From Phoronis australis (lineage: Eukaryota > Animalia > Phoronida), in assembly GCA_002633005.1 (NCBI GenBank), contig NMRA01000036.1, positions 1 through 64,000 on the forward strand: a stretch of 64,000 nucleotides of DNA, read 5' to 3'. The translations under genes and the position numbers were made by a program. Each line of letters opens with the position of its first letter. Within the stretch, counting starts at the first letter, position 1. Below, one piece after another: positions 12,738 through 24,700 of this stretch. Below the pieces are notes generated by a model. That model was not told where the DNA came from. It saw nothing but the letters and a program-made list of their open reading frames with translations, and did not search any database.

Positions 12738-15700
12738 GTATGTATCACCTCTGGCAGTGCTTTGAATTTGTTTCGTACTCTTCAGGTTTGCAAATACGCA
12801 GCAAATAGCAAAGCAAATGTCATTCAGCACTCAGTGCTCAGTGTCTGTGACAGACAGATCAGTCAATTCAATGAACTCCGTGTCAACTCGGTGGACTGCA
12901 TTTAGAGAGATTCGTATCTAATCTGCCCATCCCAATGACAATGGGCCCTGTGGCTTGCTTCAGAAAATTTCCAAACAGCTGCAAAAATGTAAAATAGGCA
13001 TGATAATAGTGCCATTCTATTGGGGCACTGGTCGCATATAACGTTCCCTGATTTATAGAACCAGTTTGATCCACTAAATAACGGGCCTGTTATTCAGGGA
13101 CCGCTATATCCGACCAGCCTCCTATTGTGCCTCGTCCTGTTTAGCCTAAATAGCCTGAACTTTCACTGCCACATCGCTGTTAATTCAAGCATAGTGGGAC
13201 ACCTTTGGAAGCCCTCGGTTTCTTTGAATTCCTCTCACTTGAAAAAATACTATGTCAATTGTGAATTTTTCTTGGTTCATATTGGCTTGATTCACAACAA
13301 AACAGATAGTTGACATGCATTACTTTCTGTGTCCTCGGGTAAAATTGAAAAACATGAAGGCTTATGTGGTGATCTTCCATCTGCCGGCCAGGATAAAAGA
13401 ACGGGGACGTGTCTAATTTGTACATAGCTGGCTTACCCGTGTCTAATTTGTACATAGCTGGCTTAGCCGTTCTCCATATCATGGATAAAGTTTGCATACC
13501 ATAATGCAGTTTATCTGGGATTCACAATATTGTCTAGGGCTGCCAATTGACAAGGGGTGGTTGAGCTTCCGTTTTTGAGTGTAAGGGTGCTGGACCACGA
13601 GTTGTTGGTTTGGACCACCTAGTTGATATGTGCTTGCAATTTTTGGGTCAGACCTGCAGCTCCTTGATATTAGCCCAATTTAATCATTGTTTTTTACCTT
13701 TTTACTTGGCATAGTATAAAACCCTCCATCTAGTAGAATCTAGATGGTTAGAATTGTTTTGGATAACTTGCTATTTTGTAGTTCCCTGGAACACCTGTTA
13801 TGTATATTTATAGATTAAACTGAACCAAGTCCATTTTGATTTGAATGATTAAGCTACAATTAGGCTATGATGTGTTAGTGTTATTAAGTCTTTTTTGCTA
13901 ATTTTACCTTTTCATTTGTAATGATGAAATGTTATTTCTTGCTTTTTATCAAATTTAATTTTTTTCCATCATTCGATATATGACCTTAGCACTCTGTTAT
14001 ATTTTGTGTTTACTTTCTTTGGTGTAACTCCTTAAACACAAGTAATTGTCGGAATTCTGCGAACAACTCTTTAGTGTCAACATAACTTTAAAGCATCAAG
14101 TTGAAATTATTCTTTTTTCTATATTGTTATGCTTGCACTAGTTTTCATAGTTGATTGTTTTGCTTTGTGACCACTAGATTTCTCACTCCAAAAGTTCATG
14201 TGATTGTCTTTCAATTTGTTAATTCTAGATTCCAAAGGAAGACGACAGTGGGGGAAAGCTCCAGGAAAAGGTTACGTTGCACAACTAAAAACACAGAAAC
14301 AACACGAAAAGGTCTGTTGAACATTTTATTTTCTGAGTATAATCAGAAGGCAATGCTAACGTAGTGTCAACTTACCAAATGCGACGTTGCAAAATTGCTG
14401 TCAAGCGGTGGTGATTGGACCCTTCCAATTGTTGCCGAACAGTTCCAACTTCCGTACCTGTTTACTGCCTGTAGCATTTTGAATGCGTCATGGCATGGCA
14501 GCCTGGGATTTTTACTGTTTTCGCCAATACTGCTCCAAAGCAGACAAAATCATGTAAGTGCAGGGTGCCATCCAAAGGAAATCCAGTTCCAGGATGACAA
14601 GAATCAAAGTGAATCATAGGTATTCTAAACTCATCATTGAGGCCCTGCTAGGTCAATGATCTCTGTGCAATGCTCAATGGTCACCTTGGTAATTGTTAAC
14701 ATGTTTCTCATTAACACTCATGAATCATGATTCTTAAAGGTTACGTAGGACCTTATTGACAAGTATGTGCATGTATCCAAATATCTACATAACTACAGGC
14801 TTTAAATCGGCAAAAGTATATATTTTCTGTAAAGAAGGTTTGCAGAATTGCATTTTTGTCTTAAGGCCAATCTGCCGTTAATTGGGTTGCGTGACTGTGA
14901 CTTTACTCTGAAGTTTGGCATAAAAAGAACAGCACAGCAGTATTAATAACGTCACCAAATTTCGTTTAACATAATTGTCCATGATCAAAAAGGCTGTTAA
15001 AGTTTTGCTGAATTATCATTTCATTTTCGTTTTATTCAACTTTTGAGTTACTTCAAAACATCGTGAGTCTTATAGCCTGTCATGCAAAAGTGAAACAATT
15101 CATATTGTGGTTTAGAGAACAATGCATAAAGCATAGCTTCTGAATGATACATATGAATTCAGTCGACCATTTCTGAGATGTGATGTTCTGAAGTTAGCAG
15201 GATTTTCATATTTTAGGGTCTTATTTAGCCTTAAGTGTAAAGGAAAATTTAAGTGAAAAGAAAGCAACTTAAAGCACAATCTCTGTAACATTAACCTTGA
15301 ATGCGTGAATCAATGGTTATAGCATTGTTTGCTTATCAGTACATTCAAATTCGTACAGAGATGGCAGCACTTGTTCTTGACTATTGACAGGTGACTTATG
15401 CCAAGGAGGAAGTGAACCCTGCTTATGATGAGTACCTCAACCTTCTACAACAGAAAAACAGGTACATATATGCCAATGAGAGATTCTTTACTGTCTGACT
15501 TTTACAGTTCTTTGATTTTTCGCCAGGGTCCTAGGTCTAATATGTGTGCTCAAAATCAAATTTGCAATAGATTGTTTTTCATATTTTCCGCCCTGCTTTT
15601 GTGTTAACTTAAGATTTTAATTATGGATATAATTTTGTGCTCAAGTACACTATACTTTATGTGGATGATAGTTTAATCCTAGTTTGCACGTGATGACTCA

Positions 15701-18700
15701 AGCATGCTATATTTTTGTGCCTCAACTCAAAATGTTGAGTTTTTATTTGTTGAGTTTATAACCCAAATTTAGGAATCATCAAGTGCAAACTTGGACTAGA
15801 CATGTTTACGTGTAAACCATGTGTACTCCAGCAAAGAATAACAGACACTAATCTTGAGTTCGCACAAAAGTAGGGCAGAAAATGTGAAAAATAAGATTGA
15901 GTATGGAGATTAGGCGCCAGCCCCCGGTATTTAGCTCAAAACACAAAAGGCAAAAAAAGATGAATTTTGGCTATTATTTGTTTGGTTTCTTTTGACTGTA
16001 GATGTTATAAAACATTATTTGGTTAAGTTTCCGTTAATGTGCAGCAGAGTAATTAACCTTTGAAAAATGCCAATTATTCTGTTTGAAATAACTGAAAAAT
16101 TGTACTGACAGCGTGAGAGTTATGAAGATCAGTCTACTAACTGGAAGTGTTTGTAAAAAAACGAGTAGTCTTCACCAATCACATGTTTGTGTTCAATAAA
16201 TATTAGGAAAGTCAAACATAATGCAATTTTGTAATCAAGCAGGTAAATTTGATGTTTTGGATTATTTCTTGTTTTGTTCTGTATTGTGACATGGTTCTTC
16301 TCTTAGACAAACAAAGGCTGTAACTGGCACTTGATAGTCAGGGCTATGCTAACCACTGCTCAATACAGATATCTAGTTCTAACTTCAGAAAGCTTTCTGT
16401 AGCTGTGACTGAATTAGCTTTGGTCTTGAAAATTCATGGGGATATATTGTCTGAAGTGCTTCTTGTCCGAGTAGTCGCTGAAGCAGTGAGATTGTCTCGT
16501 TCTTCCAGGCTTACCAAACAGATGCAAAGGAAGAGCGGTCGTGAAGCGGAGATAGAAAAGAAAGAGCAAGGGTTCGCTTTGTACCTGAACGGGGCAAACG
16601 TGCACGTGAAACACTCGCCTCGACCCCCGAAGGAGCTGAAACCCAAAACTGCTGGAGGTATGTTCTCTGGTGGTCATGTGACTCAAGTAGGGATCATTAG
16701 GGACCTATAATCGCCATTTCGCTAGCATTCAAAACTTGCTTTCTGAAAGGAGGTAGTGGTTTTCTCTGTGTTGTCGTAAAAATGTATACCGTATGTGAAA
16801 AGACATAATTAATTCAATGCTTTTTATTACTGCTTCACATTATAGTTAAAAATATTATCATGAAGCCACCAGGAGCTTCATATTTATCATGATTCTGTGA
16901 TGAGAATACCCAGGAGCTTTAGGAATAGCTGAAGCATGCATTCAGTGTGGTGGACTTAAAAATATCAAACATTTTTGTGCACTTTCAATGGACGGAGAGG
17001 GAAAATTGAACATATCATACTCTGGCAATAATAGTGAACGGTGCTTTAGTCTTGTGCGTATTGTGTTATTATGCTTTTATAATCAATGGTGTTCCAATGC
17101 TATCTAATGATATGGTCTAAAATAATCTTTGTGCATTAATGTTCATGATGTGAACTGGACTGGTAGATCTGTGATAAGGCACAAATCATCATCTCGGGCG
17201 TCACTAACTGTAATAATACTATGTCATCCTCAACTAGGTCGTGGCGTAATACAATACTAAACAGTAAAACATGCGTGAGTCAGTTCCAAGTGAACTGAGA
17301 CATTTATCCGACTTGTGAAAATGTGACTTGTCTTAGAGGCTGAGTGCACAAACTAGAATAACTGTGTTGCGGAACTTTGTTTGGGCTTAGGAAAATTCAT
17401 TTTTTGACTTCTGCATGATTGTTTAACTGCTTGCTGCAACCGCGTGTGTCCTATGAATACTTTGATATTTGATTTTGATCCATTATGTTTGAAGAGGGTC
17501 GTAGCCGAACCCGAATCACGCACGCCAGCCAGCCATCGAGTGAGGTCGATCAGTTAAGGTCAAAAACAGCTCCAGAAAAACGTAAAAACTGGTGCGCAGG
17601 CTCTGTACATATCAAGTCGGAGAAAGGTCAAAAGGTCAAGATCAGAGCACCAGGTAGTGTTTTATTGTTGGTCAGAAATTATTATTGGTGGGTTGGTTTT
17701 TGGTCATGTTGTAGCATTTAATCTATGACTGACTAGTTCATTAAGAGATTCAAGGCTACCTGAACACATCACCAAAAGGATTACATTTGAATGTCAGAGA
17801 ATAAATAAAATTCTTTGAGTTGCTGACTCTAGATTGAACTCAAAATTATTTTTGGCATTTCCTATTCTACTTTTGTGCCAGCTCCGGATGAGTGTCTATT
17901 ATTGTATGCTCAATTAGTACTAGTTTGTACACTTAATCATCCCATCTTTGAGTCTAAAAATTCGACTCTGATCTCGAAATTCGAAATTTAAAATTTTTAC
18001 TTGAAATCTCACAATTTTACTTAAGTTTTTATCTCGAATTTAGTCGTCATCAAATGCGACTCGAAAACAGAATCTTGAGTTAGCATGGAGAATGCCAAAA
18101 ATAATTTCGAGTTTGATTTCGGATAGAAAAATTAGATCCCAGCCTGTAGTGTGATGTTGCTGTTTATGGATTTTTAAATTTTGTAAAACTGTTGTCAGCG
18201 GCGTTCCATCAAAATTGTACGTTCTTGCACCAATATAAAGTAAGGCCCGTGCATGAGTTGTAAATTTAGGTTCTGCAATATGCGAGTTGGCAAGTTCATT
18301 TTGTTTTGAGGATATGCTATATTCATTCACCGACAGATGTACGTAACTTATTGGGAAACTACATTGCCTTGGTCCCAGTCTGCTTAACACAAATGCTTGA
18401 TGTGATTTAGTCAATTAAGGCTGTTTTCTTTAAATGGGATGCTCTTTTCAGCCGAGCACTTAGTTAGAAAACATGTCTATGGTATACTAAATGTTAACTC
18501 GCCATTAATTAGTCAGAGACGATCATTATGCGTTTATGAAAATCTCAATATATGAACTGTGCTCAATGTTTCTTTTAGATATTATGACTGGAAATTATGA
18601 AGAGGATTTTGAAGATTACGTCAGTGAAAGTTACCAGAAATCACAGAGCGATGATGATGAGGATGAGGATGAACAAGAGGTTGGCAAATTTTCTTTCAAC

Positions 18701-21700
18701 AAATTCGTGCTGATAATGCATGGTATTGGGGGATTGATATGCATGCATTTGTGCACGAAAGTCCCAACGAACCTTAGCTTACTTTGAAAATGAAAACGAA
18801 AAACTGCACTTCCATTGACTGCTAATCAACACTAATTAAATCTATCAAACTGACCTTAAACATTCCTTGCCACGATAGGATCGGCTTCGCCATTCATTTG
18901 GAATTGAAAATTAACCTATGGTTGAATCGACATGGTCAAATTTTTAAACGCTCACCAGCCATATGATTTTATGATATGTTTTGATTCAAAAGTGTTCTTG
19001 ATGTTCATTGTGCTAGTAGAAGTAAACTCTTGTCTTGGTAAGGACAGTTTTGTTACTGAAATTTGATGGGCAAGTGGCATAGGTTTGATTTTTTGCACAT
19101 CTGTGATTACAACTCGGCCATTCCGCATATATGCTTGTTGTAGCAGTATCATGAAATTTCTCGGATTAAGAATATGTTATTCTATTTGATGCATCGTTTC
19201 CTGTAATATGTCTGCTGCCACATGATGATTAGACTGAAACAGTGGCAGTGGTTTTTACGACATTTAATGAATTTTGTGAAGAAAATCTGAAGAACGTATA
19301 TTGTAAATAATTAAAGAATTGGTCGAATATTTTTGGTTTGAAATTTCATCGATATTTGGACAAGATGTTGGTGATTTTTTGAAAACCGCTGAAGACCTGT
19401 GTTCTAGGCAACATTCTGAAATTCAAGAAAATGCAAGATTACACAAGTCTTCATGAGATATCCCATGTGCTACACACAAGACACATGGTGATCACACGTT
19501 TAGCTTTTCATACGAGTGTCTTAATTTTACGAAAGCAACCCTGTTTTGTGCATGACATCATAGACTATGGTACATGGACCTCCAACTCCGTAAATGTTCA
19601 ATGGACGAAATTTGTGGTCTTACGCACAAGCTGTGATGTCATTTTTCACTAGCGACACCTGGCCAAATTACCAAGTTTTATTTCCAGCAAGTTTGTCGTC
19701 TGCTAATCATGGTCGGCTGTTGTGTGGTCGGGTGTTCGGCCACACGGGTGAAATGTAAAGGACTAAGTTTCCACACCACTGAAGTTTGAATTTTGCAATT
19801 ACATGACCAGTAGCATCGCCAAAAGTGCTAACTATACCAACAGTTCTACTTCTGGAAGACTTTGAACAGCTTTTCAGTGCCGAAATTATTACAGTACTAG
19901 ACAGTAAAATATATGCGAGAAGTTCCCGTCACAAAACACTAATCGGAAACTGAAATAGATAATTCAGGAGAGTGGTGTCTCCTCTAGGATAGTACGCACG
20001 AAAATGTCGGAGTTGCGAATCTGTTGTCTATAATCTATGGTGGCGTCATGTGCGTGTGTAATCAGTTGATGCCTGCTGCATGCGAGTTCAGTAGTTTGTG
20101 GTTTGTTTCCCAGCTTGCACGACATCTCAGCATGGCTCTTAACCGATCGTCAGATGACGGTAGCGACATAGAAATTGACGCAGATAAACACGAGCTGCAG
20201 AGGGTCCCTGAAGAAGAGGGACCAGAAGAAGAATTACAAGAGGAAGTGAAAGAACAGCTCATGTTGAGCTTTGAAGAGGTCAAGGTAGAGATGAGGGTTG
20301 GGTAGTTGTACTTGGGCCTTTTTGTTGAGTTTTTCTTTTCTAGTTGTAGATCTGTGAGTTTTTCCTTGTGCTACATGAGTTCATGTATTCGAATGTACAA
20401 TACAAGCCAAAAATAATCAGGCATGACGGCTAACAGTAAAAATGACTGGTAACAACAACTGTAGTGGCACACGATGTTGGTAGTTTTTCTTGCGTCTAAT
20501 TTTAAGCAAAACAGTCCTAGTGAAGTGAAATGGCACATGCTCCTGATACCTATTTTTGTTTGAAATTGATAAGATGTTACTGTACAAGAGTACTAGTACC
20601 CGTGAGAAGCTGTTAATAAAGTTAACATGGTCATCCTTTCGAAGTTTATCATCATGTAATTGAATAAGATGTAATCAGATGCTTTGTTCTTCTGGAGTTG
20701 TAGCGTTCTATTTCCATTTGCCTACTTACTTGTTTTTCCCCTCCAGCAACTTAGGAAGAGTCTGGAAATGAACCGCAGTATTCAACAGAGCATAGTGGAG
20801 GAGATTAGCACGGTGAGTTGAGCTCTTTCGTTCCATACTTCTTAAAGGTATACTCTTAAGGTTTAACATGATTAAAAAGACCAGGTGTAAAATTGTACGT
20901 CATCTGAAAAGTAATCCTCTTGAGACAAGGGTGACTGCTGACTATGCATTTTATAAACAGACACTCGTACTTTCTTTGATGACATTATTTCCAGACTACC
21001 AACTCAAGCAGATAGTGTGAGAAAAATTGTTTGGCAGTCACATTGTGTTGTATCATTCTGTAATTGACTGATGAACATGTCAACAAGTATGGTGTGTTTG
21101 TCAGTGATGTTAATTTGTTGTCTATATCAATCTGTAGGGTTGTCCAAATCCTTTGTCTGGGTGTGACGTCAGCAGCTTGCCCCATATTTTCGTATCGAAG
21201 TCATGATATTGTGAATGAGCAGGCATAATGTGCTTTTGGGACATATTTCGTGAATGTAAACACTAAAGTTGGAAAAGGTTCTGGAGTTTACCTTTAAAAG
21301 GATGTATGCTGTGTTTTTGTTCAAAATGCTTTCTGTTCTCAAGGTCTAATCTCTGAAGTCATGACTCAGACTTGGACTTGAAAGTTGGACAAGTCTTGTC
21401 ACGTGATTCGAGTACAAATTTGTAAGTTAACACGAACCGTGCCATGCCATTGGTCAATTTTTTAGCCTAAGTGTCATTTCTTGTATTTGTGTACATTTCA
21501 AGGCATTATCGTCACAAGCTGCATTATTAATGTTACACGAAGCCACTTGTTTCAACTCTAGTTTCAATTTTAGGAAGAAGAGGATTCTCAAGAATTTGAT
21601 TCTGAATCCGAAGTTGTCTCCGACGAGATTGAAGAAGAATTAGAGGCCTTGACAGACAGCCTTGAACATTCCAGTGAAGAGAAGAATCTCAAACCTGCTG

Positions 21701-24700
21701 ACACAATAGTCTTGGAATTCAAAGCTCCTTCTCCTGGTAAGACTGTAGTTTTGTGTGGAGTTGGGTCAAGAAACAACGTTGCTAAAGCTCTTACTTTCAT
21801 GTTCTTGTTTGACTTTTTTATTCGTGTACACATCTGATAGATACAATGCTATAACACGTCAAGTTGTTTGGTTTCTTACAAAAGCACACGCACTCTCACC
21901 CTTGGAGCTTCCCAAAACTTTACCTTTATCGGTAAGTGAAAGATCCATAGGAATCCATCTATTGTTAAAATTAGAGTGTTCCCAATTTTTGTGGATTATG
22001 TGTTTTTCTGTTCAAGTATTCGATAAAAGATTTAAGATTCATTTAACTCCGGCGATATTCTGAAAACTTGCCAAACATAACTCCTTTCATGTTCTGTTGA
22101 CCCCCTTCTGTTAATGGTGCCAATATGAGAGCTACAGTTTGATTTGATTATTATAACAAAAGTTAATCGGATAAGTGTGATTTTTCTCAAGCTGAGTATA
22201 AAAAATGACTATGACATTCACCAATTTGGGTTATGTAGTAATATTTTCTTGCTTACCGAGGAATACCTGCTGGGTTTGCTCTAAGCTTTTTTTGTTTTGT
22301 AGTATCCTGAACTGGGTTGCAGTTGAACTTTGTTTTTGCCGTGTTTCGCTCAAAAATTTTCTTTTGGTATTTTGTTTAGTGCGCAACAAAACCACTCTTA
22401 CAACTGCTGCTAGAAAACCTGACACAGACTCATTTGGGGAACTCAGGCAAGACAGGAGGCTACCTGCCGTGAAATCAACCAAGTCTGAACCGATTTGTAG
22501 TAGCAGAAGAAAGGAGGTGACTCTGGAGGCTGGTAAGACATCTGAGATACAGTGTGCGTAAAAAATTATTAAAGAAAGTGACCCAGAATTCTCCGTTTAT
22601 GACAGCTGGGCGCAAGCGGAATTCCCCTTCAGAGTAGGTAGAATGACACGTCATGACAGGGAAAGGTTATTGTTTGGTTGCTATACGTATTGAGCTGTTA
22701 TATCAACCTTACATGCTGAATACAAAGGAATCTTGAAAAAATTGTTTTATACTGGCGTTATGTAGTTATTTTATATATTTATGTTCAGGAATCTTGAAAA
22801 AGTTGTTTTATACTGGCGTTATGTAGTTATTTTAAATATTTATGTTCAGGAATCTTGAAAATTTTGTTTTATACTGGCGTTGTGTAGTTATTTTATATAT
22901 TTATGTTCAGGAATCTTGAAAAAATTGTTTTATACTGGCGTTATGTAGTTATTTTATATATTTATGTTCAGGAATCTTGAAAAAATTGTTTCATACTGTT
23001 GTTATGTAGTTATTTTATATATTTATGTTCAGGAATCTTGAAAAATTGTTTTATAGTGGCGTTATGTAGTTATTTCATATATTTATGTTCAGGAATCTTG
23101 AAAAAGTTGTTTTATACTGGCGTTATGTAGTTATTTTGTATATTTATGTTCAGGAATCTTGAAAAAATTGTTTTATTCTGGCGTTATGTAGTTATTTTAT
23201 ATATTTATGTTCTAGCAGCTTTTCATCTGGTAATGAAAAGTCACTACTACGGTCAAAGTATGGTTTTCATTACTGGAGCAGCCATTGCTTGTTATGTGTA
23301 GTGGAGAGTAGAACTTGTTTGTTGTGTTTTGTGGTTGTGATATTTTGATGGTAAGGTCTTTGAATATTGGTCCCAATAACGTGGTTGGCCCAGTTAGATA
23401 TCCACCGAATGTGTATTTGCTGACTGTCACATGATCTCGGTACATTCTCATGACATTTCATAATTGTTTTGTACTAGTTTGGTAACAGCATGTTATGATT
23501 GTCACTGTTTTAACTTCTAAATTGCTCTGCTTGACGTGACAGGTGAATTGATTGATTTCAGATGCTCCCCCAAGAAAAAGTCGGAACCTTCCACTTCAGA
23601 GGAAGCCTGAGAGTAGTGAAAATGCTGCCCTGGATACCACTGCCCAAAAGGAGGCACTGCTGCAGGCTTTGCAGGCAGAGAATGCTGCCGTGGAGAAGTA
23701 CAGCAGAGAATCTAGGAGTGCACCTCACAATGTGGGACGGTCACAGGTGGGTTAGACTGAGGGTTTCAAGAAAAGATTTGTAATAGATAGCTTGACTAAG
23801 GCTCGGAGGTCCACATTCAAACACAGATTTGACTGTCAAAGGTGATAAAATTGAACATTTCAGGAAAACACTTACTAACGAAGGCTAGGGATTCTTTATC
23901 TCATATTAGGCAGTGAAATATTGGTTAGACTGAGATTTATTAATGATAGGTGATAAGGCATGTCATTCCTTAATTCATTTGGGATGGTGATAGGTTGACT
24001 AGTCTTTCAGGAATATGATTATTTAATTGTAGATGACAAGGCCAAATTCAAGGTTGTTTAGTCCCATCTTGGTTCATCACTGAGCATTTCAGGAAAAGAT
24101 TTATAGGTACTTCACGACAAGACAAAATCATGGGATTCCATGTCCAAACTCAGACTCCATCTCGCTTTCTGACTCTAATTTCAATGCTGTTCAAGTTATG
24201 TGGAGTGTTGAGTACAGCGTAGCTTCAGTGCAATGGACTTGAAACTAAAATATCTTTAGTTTGAGGCAGTGGAATCACTGGCTCTGGTCACATGAGACCA
24301 GCATTACAAAAATCTAAACCTCTGTCACCATGAGGCTCATTAGATTGGGTGCAAATTCCAGCTTTTGTAAAGAGTGATGCCAAGCTAGCCATCACGGAGT
24401 ACTTCCCTCTATTAACCATCTAACCATGTTTCAATGGTGTTTTTTGTGACACACCAGGACACGAATGTTGATGAGTCCATCCAGGAGCGAGCCAGAACGT
24501 CTGATAATCTCAACAACAAACCCTTGGCAGCAGGGGAGAACTCTGGCCCTGTTGTGCCAAGCATCGCTTTTGAAGAGGAATCCTCGGAGCAGCGCATCTC
24601 GCACGCTGTCAACAGAGTGTTGGAAATGAAGCCAAGGTGGGTTTTATGCAAGCAAAGTTTAGTTGAATAAAAGCTAAAAAGTTTTAAATTTAGAAGTGGT

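Noticed and set aside
22726-23212. Regular repeats resembling a CRISPR array (also 55314-55548 and 40671-40830)
   Set aside because: Units are head-to-tail with no unique spacers, there are no cas genes, and the context is eukaryotic intron
23543-23561. Upstream acag acceptor for exon 11
   Set aside because: It shifts the frame and reaches TGA; the 23562 start retains the conserved LQAENAA motif
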